Below are positions 19,690 through 28,987 of a stretch of DNA of 64,000 bases, piece after piece; the first letter of the stretch is position 1; every line of letters starts with the position of its first letter. The notes under the pieces were generated by a model. The model saw only the letters and a list, made by a program, of their open reading frames with translations. It searched no databases and was not told the DNA's origin. Position numbers and translations under genes: made by a program. The stretch covers positions 5,352-69,351 of the forward strand of contig CAZZFS010000006.1 in NCBI GenBank assembly GCA_964653805.1. Direction: 5' to 3'. This stretch comes from an uncultured Clostridiaceae bacterium. Lineage in GTDB: Bacteria > Bacillota > Clostridia > TANB77 > CAG-465.

Positions 19690-19869
19690 ATATATACTGA
19701 CAATAACTATTATACACTAGCACTTTATTATTGTCAATATTTTTAAAGCAAATTTATATTTTTTTGTTTATTTTATATTATTTCTTTTATATTTCAATCG
19801 AAAAAATAGTTATATAAAATTATTGCTCTTTTTTGTGTTTTGTGTTAATATATATTCGTTGGTGATAAA

Positions 19870-20757
19870 ATGAAACATACTATTTTAGTAAATCCTGCTT
19901 CTGGTAATAAAAGAGGCTTAAAATATGGTGTAATTATACAAAAATTATTAAAAAAATATAATATAGAAGCTGAAATTATAGTTTCTAATGCTCCAAAACA
20001 TTTAACACAAGTTACAAAAGAATTATCAAGTAAAACTAATCATAGATTTTATTGTGTTGGTGGTGATGGAACTTTAAATGAAGTTATTACAGGTTTAATA
20101 GGATCTACTTCAGATGTAGTTGTAATTCCTTGTGGTACTGGTAATGATTTTATTAAAACTATATCAAAATATAGAAGTTTAAGAAAAATAATACTTACTT
20201 CTATTAATAAAAAAAGTGAAAAATTAGATGTTTTAAAAATAGGAAAAGATATGTATTGTATAAATATTCTAAGTGTTGGGTTTGATTCAATTGTTGGAGA
20301 AAATGTTAACAAATTTAGAAATATACCATTAATATCTGGAAAAATGAAATATAACCTTGCTATTTTTTATAGTTTACTTAGAAATAAAAACTTTAATTTT
20401 AAATTAAGAGTTAATAAAGATATAATACATAAAAGAAGTTTTACTTTAATCGCTTTTGCTAATGGTAAATATTATGGTGGTGGCGTTTGTCCATGTCCTG
20501 ATGCTTTACTTAATGATGGAATAGTTGATATTTGTGCAATTAATTCAACTAGTGTAATAAAAAAAATATTCTTTTTACCTTTTTACAATAAAGGCAAACA
20601 TTTAAAATTTAAATTAGTTACAATTGAAAAAGGTAAAAAAGCTACAATAGTTTCAAATAAAAAATTCCCGGCTAATGTTGATGGTGAAGTTTTTTATACT
20701 AATAAATTAAGTATTTCTATTTTAGAGAAAGCCGTAAATATAGTTTGTACTAAATAA
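19870..20757 (+). CDS. Diacylglycerol kinase-family lipid kinase (DagK/YegS-like)
   Basis: 295 aa. Motifs NPASGNKRG and CVGGDGTLNEV. Confidence 0.8.
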   Translation: MKHTILVNPASGNKRGLKYGVIIQKLLKKYNIEAEIIVSNAPKHLTQVTKELSSKTNHRFYCVGGDGTLNEVITGLIGSTSDVVVIPCGTGNDFIKTISKYRSLRKIILTSINKKSEKLDVLKIGKDMYCINILSVGFDSIVGENVNKFRNIPLISGKMKYNLAIFYSLLRNKNFNFKLRVNKDIIHKRSFTLIAFANGKYYGGGVCPCPDALLNDGIVDICAINSTSVIKKIFFLPFYNKGKHLKFKLVTIEKGKKATIVSNKKFPANVDGEVFYTNKLSISILEKAVNIVCTK

Positions 20758-20761
20758 CAAA

Positions 20762-20799
20762 AATAACTCTTCCATTTATTTTGGAAGAGTTATTTTTTT
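20762..20799. terminator. Bidirectional terminator between the lipid kinase and K+ channel genes
   Basis: Perfect 13-bp stem AATAACTCTTCCA/TGGAAGAGTTATT plus a T-run. Confidence 0.8.
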
Positions 20800-20820
20800 A
20801 TTATATTTTTAAATTACATT

Positions 20821-21243
20821 TTATAATTTATTTCTTGTTTCTTTTACTTTATTAGATATTTCAGATAATTTATCTTTAGATAAATCAGGTAAATTTTCTA
20901 AATCATTTAAAAATTCTGTAATATTATTATTTTTTTTAATATTTATAACTTCTTGATAATAACTTACTATTATACCTGGAATTATTCCAACAATTAAAAT
21001 ACCATATAATGATAAAATTACAGTGCTTATTCTACCCACAAATGTTGTTGCAACAAAATCTCCAAACCCTATAGTTGTAAATGATACAAAACTATACCAT
21101 ACAGCATCACCATAATTTTTTATAGTTGGTTCAGAAAAATCTAATATAAATGCATTTAAAAAAACAAATATTATAAATCCATATATTAGTTTATCAACTG
21201 ATGATAATCTTATTATTTTCAACAAAATTTTTAATTTTTTCAT
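20821..21243 (-). CDS. Two-TM potassium channel family protein
   Basis: 140 aa. Selectivity-filter motif TTIGFGD between two TM helices. Confidence 0.7.
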   Translation of the reverse strand: MKKLKILLKIIRLSSVDKLIYGFIIFVFLNAFILDFSEPTIKNYGDAVWYSFVSFTTIGFGDFVATTFVGRISTVILSLYGILIVGIIPGIIVSYYQEVINIKKNNNITEFLNDLENLPDLSKDKLSEISNKVKETRNKL

Positions 21244-21303
21244 TTTACCCCTCTTTATCTAATATCTACTATCACAATATTATAATACTAAAATTGCTCT
21301 ATA

Positions 21304-21483
21304 TTAATCATTTTTTACAAATAATCTACATTTACAAATACCTTCTGATACAAATTCATCGCATGGACAAAGTGTTGTATCATCAACGTTTACCCTACAT
21401 GGACAGTGTCCATCTTTTTTATATATACCCTCAATTATTTTATCTACATATTCTTTATCTTCATTTAATTTATAACCTTTCAA
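21304..21483 (-). CDS. Ferredoxin-thioredoxin-reductase catalytic-subunit-like small Cys-rich protein (59 aa)
   Basis: GGAGG, 8 nt, TTG start. Missed by the ORF track. Sequence LKGYKLNEDKEYVDKIIEGIYKKDGHCPCRVNVDDTTLCPCDEFVSEGICKCRLFVKND has the CPC...CPC...CKC pattern of FTR-beta-like proteins. Last gene of the redox operon. Confidence 0.6.
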   Translation of the reverse strand: MKGYKLNEDKEYVDKIIEGIYKKDGHCPCRVNVDDTTLCPCDEFVSEGICKCRLFVKND

Positions 21484-21509
21484 AATAACTACCTCCTTTT
21501 ATTTTATTT

Positions 21510-23177
21510 TCAAAAATTTTTATATATTACATATCCACCCGATAAATTGTATACATCATATCCATTATTTTTTAAAATCCTATATGCATTATAGCTTCTT
21601 TGTCCACTATGACAATATACAATTATTTTTTTGTTTTTGTCTATTTTACTTAAATTTTCTCTAATTTCATTTAAAGGAATATTAATTGAATTTTTTATAT
21701 TCCCTAAATCAAATTCTTTTTTCGTTCTAACATCTAAAATAACATATTCATCAAAATTAATTAAATTATTTTTGATTTTTTCTGATAACTCTTTTGGTAA
21801 AATACTATTTAAATATCCTTCTGATTGATTTACTATTACATTACCTATTATATTTACTGGATCTTTAGCAGATGAAAATGGTGGTGCATAACAAAGTTCT
21901 AAATCACTTAAATCATATGCATTAAGACCAGCTCTTATAGCTGTTGCAATTACATCACACCTTTTGTCTACTCCATCTTTCCCAATTAATTGAGCACCTA
22001 ATATTTTCAAAGTATTTTTTTCATATATAACTTTTATACTAATAGGATTTGAATTAGGATAATATGTTGCATGAGATGCTGTTGTTATATACACAATGTC
22101 ATAATTTAAGTTGTTTTCAATTGCTTTTTTTTCATTAATTCCAGTACTTGCAACAACCATATCAAAGACTTTAACAATACTACTACCTTGCGTTCCACTA
22201 TATTTTGAATCTATTCCACATATATTATTTGCTACTACTCTTGCTTGTTTATTAGCTGGTCCTGCAAGTGGTATATAGTCAATCATGCCTGTTATATAAT
22301 TTTTTATTTGTGCAACATCTCCAAGTGCATATATATTTTCATCAATAGTTTGCATTTTTTCATTTACGATAATACTACCTTTTTCATTTAATTCCAACTT
22401 AGCTTCTATTGCCAGTTTATTATCTGGTTTTACTCCAATTGAAGAAATAACTAAATCAGTATTTATTAAGGTATTGTCATCTAACAAAATAGCTTCTGCT
22501 TTTTCATATACTTCTTTATTTCTTTTTATATCAATAACTTCTTTTGAAAGTACAATATTTATACCTTTTTTTGTTAAATAATCATATATAATTTTAGACA
22601 TTTCAAAATCCAAAACACCCATTAAACTATTACTTTTTTCAACTAATGTAACATCTATACCTAAATTGTATAGATTTTCTGCCATTTCAATACCAATATA
22701 TCCTCCACCTATTATAACGGAAGACTTAACTTTATTTTTTATTATATACTCTTTTATATTTTTAGTATCTGGTATATTTCTTAAAGTAAAAAAGTTATTA
22801 AAATTTAAATTTTCTATTTTTGGTAATATAGGTTTAGCACCTGTTGAAATAACTAAAATATCATATCCTTCATATATTATTTTATCATTTTTTATATCTA
22901 ATATTTTAAGTTTTTTATTTTCTCTATCAATACTTAAAACTTCATGAGAAACTTCAACTAAAATATTAAATACTTCTTTAAATTTTTGTGGCGACTGAAC
23001 TATTAAATCAGATTCATTTTTTATAGTATTTCCAATATAGTATGGAAGACCACAATTTGCAAATGATACATATTCACCTTTTTCAAAAATTTTTATATCA
23101 ATATTTTCATCTAATCGCCTTAACCTAGTAGCAGTTGTCGCTCCACCTGCTACTCCACCTATTATACATACCTTCAT
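21510..23177 (-). CDS. CoA-disulfide reductase / NADH oxidase family flavoprotein with C-terminal rhodanese domain
   Basis: 555 aa. FAD motif IIGGVAGG, redox Cys SFANCGLPYY, C-terminal rhodanese active-site loop CHSGQRS. Confidence 0.85.
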   Translation of the reverse strand: MKVCIIGGVAGGATTATRLRRLDENIDIKIFEKGEYVSFANCGLPYYIGNTIKNESDLIVQSPQKFKEVFNILVEVSHEVLSIDRENKKLKILDIKNDKIIYEGYDILVISTGAKPILPKIENLNFNNFFTLRNIPDTKNIKEYIIKNKVKSSVIIGGGYIGIEMAENLYNLGIDVTLVEKSNSLMGVLDFEMSKIIYDYLTKKGINIVLSKEVIDIKRNKEVYEKAEAILLDDNTLINTDLVISSIGVKPDNKLAIEAKLELNEKGSIIVNEKMQTIDENIYALGDVAQIKNYITGMIDYIPLAGPANKQARVVANNICGIDSKYSGTQGSSIVKVFDMVVASTGINEKKAIENNLNYDIVYITTASHATYYPNSNPISIKVIYEKNTLKILGAQLIGKDGVDKRCDVIATAIRAGLNAYDLSDLELCYAPPFSSAKDPVNIIGNVIVNQSEGYLNSILPKELSEKIKNNLINFDEYVILDVRTKKEFDLGNIKNSINIPLNEIRENLSKIDKNKKIIVYCHSGQRSYNAYRILKNNGYDVYNLSGGYVIYKNF

Positions 23178-23235
23178 ATATAACCTCTTATATTTCCCTC
23201 TTATATTTTCCTCTATATTTTTTAAAATTATAATA

Positions 23236-23553
23236 TTAGTTGTAATTTGACATAGTTTCTAAAATTTTATCTTCATCAACAAATCCAACTATTTTATCCA
23301 TTTGAACACCATTTTTAAATATTAACATAGTAGGTACAACTTCAATTTTGTATTCACTAGCTAATTCTTGAACTTCATCAATATTTACTTTTACTATATC
23401 AAATTTAATTTCTTGTTCATATATTTTTTCTAAAATTGGCGTTAACATTTTACAAGGTGGACACCATGTAGCAAAAAAATCTACTAATACTGGTTTTGTA
23501 TTTGTAAGTACAGCCTCTTTAAATTCTTCTTTATTATTTACATATTTAATCAT
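23236..23553 (-). CDS. trxA: Thioredoxin
   Basis: 105 aa. Active site WCPPCK. Confidence 0.9.
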   Translation of the reverse strand: MIKYVNNKEEFKEAVLTNTKPVLVDFFATWCPPCKMLTPILEKIYEQEIKFDIVKVNIDEVQELASEYKIEVVPTMLIFKNGVQMDKIVGFVDEDKILETMSNYN

Positions 23554-23565
23554 TTTAATTCCCCC

Positions 23566-24063
23566 TTAATTTGAAGTTATAATTTCACCTTTATATGAGT
23601 TTATTCCTCCAACATCATATACATTTTGATATCCCATATTATTCATTTTTAATGTAGCGGTTTTACTTCTATTACCACTTCTACAATATACAAAAATATA
23701 TGTTGATTTATCTGGTATTTCATTTAATACATTTTCAATTTCATAATCTGGTATCAAAATACTATTTTTTATTCTTCCACTTTCATATTCTTCTTTTGTT
23801 CTTACGTCTAATATAATATAATTGTTTAATTTATTATTTATTATCATATTATCCATTTCTTCAAAAGTTATTTTATTATATTCTATATTCACTATTTCCT
23901 CACTTATTTTATTTTCATTATTGTTATTAACATTATTAGTATTATTTTTAGTATCTTCATTAGTATTTTTTATTTCATTTTTCCTATCTTTAAATGATAT
24001 ATATACTAATCCTAAAATAATTAAAACCACAACAATTACATAAATTATATATTTAATTTTCAT
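23566..24063 (-). CDS. Membrane-anchored rhodanese-domain sulfurtransferase
   Basis: Start moved to ATG 24063 (AAAGAGGAAAA SD, 1 nt after the ArsR stop). TM anchor, N-rich linker, active-site loop CRSGNRS. Confidence 0.75.
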   Translation of the reverse strand: MKIKYIIYVIVVVLIILGLVYISFKDRKNEIKNTNEDTKNNTNNVNNNNENKISEEIVNIEYNKITFEEMDNMIINNKLNNYIILDVRTKEEYESGRIKNSILIPDYEIENVLNEIPDKSTYIFVYCRSGNRSKTATLKMNNMGYQNVYDVGGINSYKGEIITSN

Positions 24064-24064
24064 A

Positions 24065-24388
24065 TTAGTTTTCCTCTTTACTACAACATTTTTTTGTTTG
24101 AAGTCCATTTAAAATTTCTCCAACTTCTTTGTTTTTTATTGAATAGTAAACTTCATTTCCAACTTTTCTAGAAGTGATTATATCTAATGCTTTTAATTTA
24201 GCTAATTGTTGGGATACAAAAGATTGTGAAGAATCCGCGCAATGTTGTAAATCTCCTACTTTTTGTTCTCCATTTAGTTGTAAATTAAGTAATATACAAA
24301 GTCTTACCTCATTAGAAAATAGTTTAAATACTTTTGAAAGTTGTGCTATTTTATTTTTCATTTTATCCTCCTTTCTATATAACTTCAT
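24065..24388 (-). CDS. ArsR/SmtB-family transcriptional regulator
   Basis: 107 aa. wHTH signature LCILLNL...VGDLQHCADSSQSFVSQQLAKLK. Confidence 0.85.
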   Translation of the reverse strand: MKLYRKEDKMKNKIAQLSKVFKLFSNEVRLCILLNLQLNGEQKVGDLQHCADSSQSFVSQQLAKLKALDIITSRKVGNEVYYSIKNKEVGEILNGLQTKKCCSKEEN

Positions 24389-24444
24389 ATTAGTATATTA
24401 TCATATAATAATATAGATGTCAAGTTATATATTTTTTTACTAAT

Positions 24445-25128
24445 TTATTTTATTATATCCATTTCAATTTTACCATCTTTTATTTCTATTATTCTATCTG
24501 CTTTTTCAGCAATTCTTCTATCATGTGTTATTATTAAAAATGTAGTGTTAAATTTTTCATTTATATCTCTTAATAATTTATATATTTTTTCTGTTGTTTC
24601 AGAATCTAAATTACCAGTAGGTTCATCAGCAAGTATTATTTTGGGATTATTCATAAGAGCTCTTGCTATTGCACATCTTTGTTGTTGTCCTCCAGATATC
24701 ATTGTTGATTTTTTATTTTTAACATCACTTAACCCTACTAACTCGATTAACTCTTCGGCTCTCTCAATATCTTCTTTTTTTGCTCTTTTATTCATTTTAA
24801 ATGGCATTAAAACATTTTCTAAAACTGTAAATTCAGGTAATAAGTAATGAAATTGAAATACAAAACCAATCATATTATTTCTAACATTTGCTAGTTCTTT
24901 TTTCTTCATTAAATCTGTTCTTTTTCCATTTATATATACTTTACCTTCTGTTGGTTTATCTAGTGTTCCTATTATATTTAATAAAGTACTTTTACCGCTT
25001 CCAGATTGCCCTATTATCGAGTTAAATGATCCTTCTTGTATATCTAGTGATATATCATGTAAAACCTTTGTTTTTACTCCTTTTGTATATGTTTTTTCTA
25101 TATTTTGAAGTTCTATTATTCTAGCCAT
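24445..25128 (-). CDS. ABC transporter ATP-binding protein (MacB/LolD family)
   Basis: Walker A GQSGSGKST, signature ISGGQQQR, Walker B ILADEPT. Overlaps the permease stop by 8 nt. Confidence 0.9.
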   Translation of the reverse strand: MARIIELQNIEKTYTKGVKTKVLHDISLDIQEGSFNSIIGQSGSGKSTLLNIIGTLDKPTEGKVYINGKRTDLMKKKELANVRNNMIGFVFQFHYLLPEFTVLENVLMPFKMNKRAKKEDIERAEELIELVGLSDVKNKKSTMISGGQQQRCAIARALMNNPKIILADEPTGNLDSETTEKIYKLLRDINEKFNTTFLIITHDRRIAEKADRIIEIKDGKIEMDIIK

Positions 25129-26287
25129 TTCTAATCACCTCCATTGGATCTAATCTTGATGATTTAAATGCTGGTATTACTGAAGCAACAGATGAAGCAA
25201 CTATTGCTATTAATCCAGATAATGCTATAAAGTTAGGATCTATATATATTGCTATTATTGGTGATCCGTCACTACCTACCGCAAAAGTTGTAAATATATA
25301 TAGTAAACCAATACCAAGAACTATTCCAATTATTGCACCTAATATTCCAAGTATTATGCCTTGAAATAAAAATATTAAACTTGCTTTTGTATTAGTTATT
25401 CCCATTGCTTTTAATATACCTATTTGTCTTGATTTTTGTGCTACAGATATTGCAAGTACAGAACTTATACCAAGTACTACTGATATTATTACAAAAGTTT
25501 GTATCATTATACTAGATATTGTTTGACCATCTAAACCACTAAGTAATTGTTCATTTTCTGACTTCCAATTTTTCACTCCTAAATTTGCAAATGTAAAATC
25601 TTTTTCAAAATTTGAAGCTATATTATCAGCTAAAAATACATCATTTACTTGAACTTCGATAGATGTTATTTTATCTTTTAAATTAAATAAATCTTGTGCT
25701 ACATTAGTTTTAGTAATAACCCAACTTCTATTAATTGATGCTACTTTTAAATCAAATACACCTGATATTAAAAAATCTTTTTTTACTCCATCAGGAGTAA
25801 CCATCTTATATATTTCACCAACTTTTAAATTTGCTTCTTCTTTTAATTTTTTACCTATTAAAATTTGATTATCTTTTGTTGGCATATACCCTTCAATTAT
25901 CCTTTCTTTTAATCTATATATATTATTTGCTTCTTCTAAATCAAAACCTCTTACTAAAACGCTATAATTATCTTCAACTGTTTTTATAAAAGCACTTCTA
26001 TCTACTGCAGTTGATACATATTTCACACCATCCATAGTTTTAGTTTTATCTACTTGTGTTTTGTAATTTTCTATAGTATTTTTATTTTTATCAGCTAATA
26101 TATATATGTGAGGTGATGTCCCTACTGTTTTATCAATTAAATCTTTTTGTAATCCTTGTATTAAAGAACCAATAAATATTTGAACTGATATACCAATAGC
26201 AATTCCTAAAGCTATTAATATAGTCTGACCTTTATTTGAAAATAAAAATCTGGTTGCAACTTTTAAACTAAAAAGCATATTAAACAC
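25121..26287 (-). CDS. ABC transporter permease, FtsX/MacB-type (4 TM plus extracytoplasmic domain)
   Basis: 388 aa. N-terminal TM, about 220-aa external domain, C-terminal FtsX-like three-TM bundle (GILKAMGIT). Confidence 0.85.
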   Translation of the reverse strand: MFNMLFSLKVATRFLFSNKGQTILIALGIAIGISVQIFIGSLIQGLQKDLIDKTVGTSPHIYILADKNKNTIENYKTQVDKTKTMDGVKYVSTAVDRSAFIKTVEDNYSVLVRGFDLEEANNIYRLKERIIEGYMPTKDNQILIGKKLKEEANLKVGEIYKMVTPDGVKKDFLISGVFDLKVASINRSWVITKTNVAQDLFNLKDKITSIEVQVNDVFLADNIASNFEKDFTFANLGVKNWKSENEQLLSGLDGQTISSIMIQTFVIISVVLGISSVLAISVAQKSRQIGILKAMGITNTKASLIFLFQGIILGILGAIIGIVLGIGLLYIFTTFAVGSDGSPIIAIYIDPNFIALSGLIAIVASSVASVIPAFKSSRLDPMEVIRNG

Positions 26288-26924
26288 CTCCTAAATTTTG
26301 AATATCTTTAAAAGTATTTATCAAAATATCAGCCCCTATTTTTACATATACCCCTCTATTTGATTTAAATGCACTTCCACCAACTATTATTTTTACTTCT
26401 TCTGTTGTATTATTTTTTATATTTTCAATAGCCTCTTTTGCCGCAACTAAATTATAATAATTAGTAACACTTATAACGGCATATTTAGGTTTTATATACT
26501 CTATAGCAGCTAAAAAATCCGCTCTTGGAGTATCACTACCAACAAATATTGCTTCATAACCTAAAATTAAAAAAAAGTCCGCAATCATTCTAGCACCAAT
26601 ATCATGATACTCTCCCTCTGGACATAAAACTACGACTTTTCCTTTTTCTATATCTATATTTTTTTTTGCTTCTTCAACAACATACGTATAACAATTTTCT
26701 ATTACAGTTTTTATTATTGCACTTCTTACATGTTCTTGCCAAACACAAATATTTTTATCATCTAATTTACAACCAACATTTTTAAGTGAAGGTCCAATTA
26801 TTTTTTCATATAAATCTGGTATTGTTATCTTTTTCTCATCAAGTAATTCTTTTACATATTTAACACATTCATATTTATTTTCATCTTCAAGTAATTTAAT
26901 AAATTCTTTATAATATTGATCCAT
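26280..26924 (-). CDS. Stand-alone cobalamin (B12)-binding domain protein (helical cap plus Rossmann B12 domain)
   Basis: 214 aa. Cap-domain EH motif (VWQEHVRS). B12 motif E-x-H-x-x-G (GEYHDIGARM) followed by GSDTP. Overlaps the permease start by 8 nt. Confidence 0.75.
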   Translation of the reverse strand: MDQYYKEFIKLLEDENKYECVKYVKELLDEKKITIPDLYEKIIGPSLKNVGCKLDDKNICVWQEHVRSAIIKTVIENCYTYVVEEAKKNIDIEKGKVVVLCPEGEYHDIGARMIADFFLILGYEAIFVGSDTPRADFLAAIEYIKPKYAVISVTNYYNLVAAKEAIENIKNNTTEEVKIIVGGSAFKSNRGVYVKIGADILINTFKDIQNLGGV

Positions 26925-27075
26925 TTTAATCGCCTCCCTATTATATACACATTATACCACAATAGATACATTTTTCAAGACAAAACTGTAAAATTAAGTT
27001 AATAATTAAAAGTTAATAACTTAATAAATAAAAAAATAATAACACCTCATATAAATATGAGATGTTATATATAAT

Positions 27076-27408
27076 TTATTTCATAAAAATCAATGTTTTT
27101 TCTGGTTTTAATGATTTTGAAGGTAATTTAACAAAATCAAATCTTGCTAAACTTGAACGTTTTATATGTTCTGAAAAATTTTCAAGAATATGTTCTCCAG
27201 AAGCCACGCAATCTACAACCTCTTTTTTTGAGTTTTTACACCGAATATAATATTGTTCATCGTTAATAATTATTTTGTTTATTTCCATTCCAACAGCTTT
27301 TAACCACCAATTCACAATACCATTTTCTCTTTCAATAATTTTAACTTCAACATTTTTTTCTTCTTCTTTCAAGAAAAATTTAAGCTTTTTATTATATGCA
27401 ATATTCAA
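27076..27408 (-). CDS. Hypothetical protein (110 aa)
   Basis: AGGAGG, 8 nt, TTG start. TATAAT promoter. In-frame CGG (27241-27243). No recognisable family. Confidence 0.5.
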   Translation of the reverse strand: MNIAYNKKLKFFLKEEEKNVEVKIIERENGIVNWWLKAVGMEINKIIINDEQYYIRCKNSKKEVVDCVASGEHILENFSEHIKRSSLARFDFVKLPSKSLKPEKTLIFMK

Positions 27409-27521
27409 GATTTATCCTCCTGTTTTTTATTATAAATTTAAATATATTAATTAGTATACTCATTTAATAAAAAATGAGAAACAAAAAGTGTTTAAATTTA
27501 AACACTTTTTGTTAAACACTT

Positions 27522-27680
27522 TTACATATAATTTTTTCTTCTCAAAGTAATCACCATAGCAACCATTACAACTTTTGTTAAACTGTCTTGAAATGTTTTT
27601 TTAGCTACAATTTTTGAATAAATTTTAGCTTTTCGAACATTTTTTACAATCCCATCATGTTTTTGAACTTTGTTAGCCAT
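27522..27680 (-). CDS. Small basic tail-anchored protein (52 aa)
   Basis: AGGAGG, 7 nt, ATG. Sequence MANKVQKHDGIVKNVRKAKIYSKIVAKKTFQDSLTKVVMVAMVITLRRKNYM. Palindromic terminator AAAAAGTGTTTAAATTTAAACACTTTTT downstream. Below the track cutoff. Confidence 0.45.
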   Translation of the reverse strand: MANKVQKHDGIVKNVRKAKIYSKIVAKKTFQDSLTKVVMVAMVITLRRKNYM

Positions 27681-27901
27681 TTAACTTCCTCCTAAAATTT
27701 ATTAAAATTTTAAAATATTTGATATTCTTTGATTTATTAAATTAATTTGTATATATACACATATATATTACCTCTTCTTTTAAATTATCAAAGAATTCAC
27801 ACTTTACATTACATAAATTATATCACATATATTAAAAAAATCAATGTTTTATTAATAATTTCATATATTTTTACATAATTAGACAATAATAAATATATTT
27901 T

Positions 27902-28546
27902 CTATTCTAATATCTTTCCATCTCTAGATATTATTACTATTTGCCAAGGAATCATTTTACCACTATTTTTTAAAGCTTCAACAACTGTTTTTTCTAATTT
28001 ACCACAACAAGGTACTTCCATACGAACTACAGTTAAAGATTTTATATTATTTTCTTTTATAATAGCTGTTAATTTTTCACTATAATCAATATCATCTAAT
28101 TTTGGACAACCTATAACTGTTATTTTATTTTTCATAAATTTAGAATTGAAATTTGCATATGCATAAGCTGTACAATCAGCTGCAATTAATAAATTTGCAT
28201 TATCAAAATATGATACATTAATAGGCAATAATTTTATTTGAACAGGCCAATTAGTTAAATTTGAATTTCTTTCATTTTCTTCTAATTCTATATTTTTTGC
28301 TACTTCTACTTTTTTTAATCTTTTAGGCGCTATTTTTTCGTTATATTCACTTGCTTCTCTTTCTTCAAATGTTATTGCTTTTGTAGGACATACTGGTAAA
28401 CAATTGCCTAAACCATCACAATAATCATCTTTCAATAGTTTTGCTTTTCCATCTACTATACCTATTGCACCTTCATGACATGCATTTGCACAAAGACCAC
28501 AACCAATACATTTTTCTTCATCTATTTTTATTATTTTTCTAATCAT
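27902..28546 (-). CDS. 4Fe-4S dicluster ferredoxin-domain protein with a C-terminal Cys-containing domain
   Basis: CIGCGLCANACHEG and CDGLGNCLPVCP motifs. Confidence 0.75.
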   Translation of the reverse strand: MIRKIIKIDEEKCIGCGLCANACHEGAIGIVDGKAKLLKDDYCDGLGNCLPVCPTKAITFEEREASEYNEKIAPKRLKKVEVAKNIELEENERNSNLTNWPVQIKLLPINVSYFDNANLLIAADCTAYAYANFNSKFMKNKITVIGCPKLDDIDYSEKLTAIIKENNIKSLTVVRMEVPCCGKLEKTVVEALKNSGKMIPWQIVIISRDGKILE

Positions 28547-28548
28547 AT

Positions 28549-28953
28549 TTATTCCCCCTTATTATTTAAATCATATTCCCATAAACTTAATTTCCCATTC
28601 ACAGATATATGATTCTCTTCATCAAATACTTCAACATCTTCTATTTTCCAAGCATAGTTTGATACGTATGAATTGCTAAAATATATATCTTTATTTTCTT
28701 CTTTTAAAGCTTTGTTAAACTCTTCATCTACTTGTATACAATCTACTATATTAACTTTCCCTATTATTTTACCAACTGGTAATTCTTTTGGCAAATATTT
28801 AGCCAATCTTTTTACAGTTTCTTTTTCAACACTTTTTCCTGCATGTATTAATAATTCACCTCTATATTTTGTTTTCCATGTTCTAAATTCAAATCTTTTA
28901 TCTTGTTGAAGTATTAAAGTTGCCCATGGTTGTTTTATCGTTAATACTTTCAT
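28549..28953 (-). CDS. ASCH (PUA-like) domain protein
   Basis: MKVLTIKQPWATLILQQDKRFEFRTW is a typical ASCH N-terminus. 2-nt gap to the downstream Fe-S gene. Confidence 0.72.
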   Translation of the reverse strand: MKVLTIKQPWATLILQQDKRFEFRTWKTKYRGELLIHAGKSVEKETVKRLAKYLPKELPVGKIIGKVNIVDCIQVDEEFNKALKEENKDIYFSNSYVSNYAWKIEDVEVFDEENHISVNGKLSLWEYDLNNKGE

Positions 28954-28987
28954 AAATCCCCCTTATATATTACTTTCAAATATTATT

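Noticed and set aside
21201-21488. 95-aa plus-strand ORF between the K+ channel and CoADR genes
   Set aside because: A minus-strand 59-aa CDS with a GGAGG SD and an FTR-like CPC/CPC/CKC pattern explains this interval better. The plus-strand ORF is low complexity and has no SD.
23566-24108. Long form of the rhodanese gene overlapping the arsR 3' end by 44 nt
   Set aside because: An ATG at 24063 lies 1 nt after the arsR stop with a proper SD and begins directly at the TM anchor. The 15 extra residues are most likely not translated.
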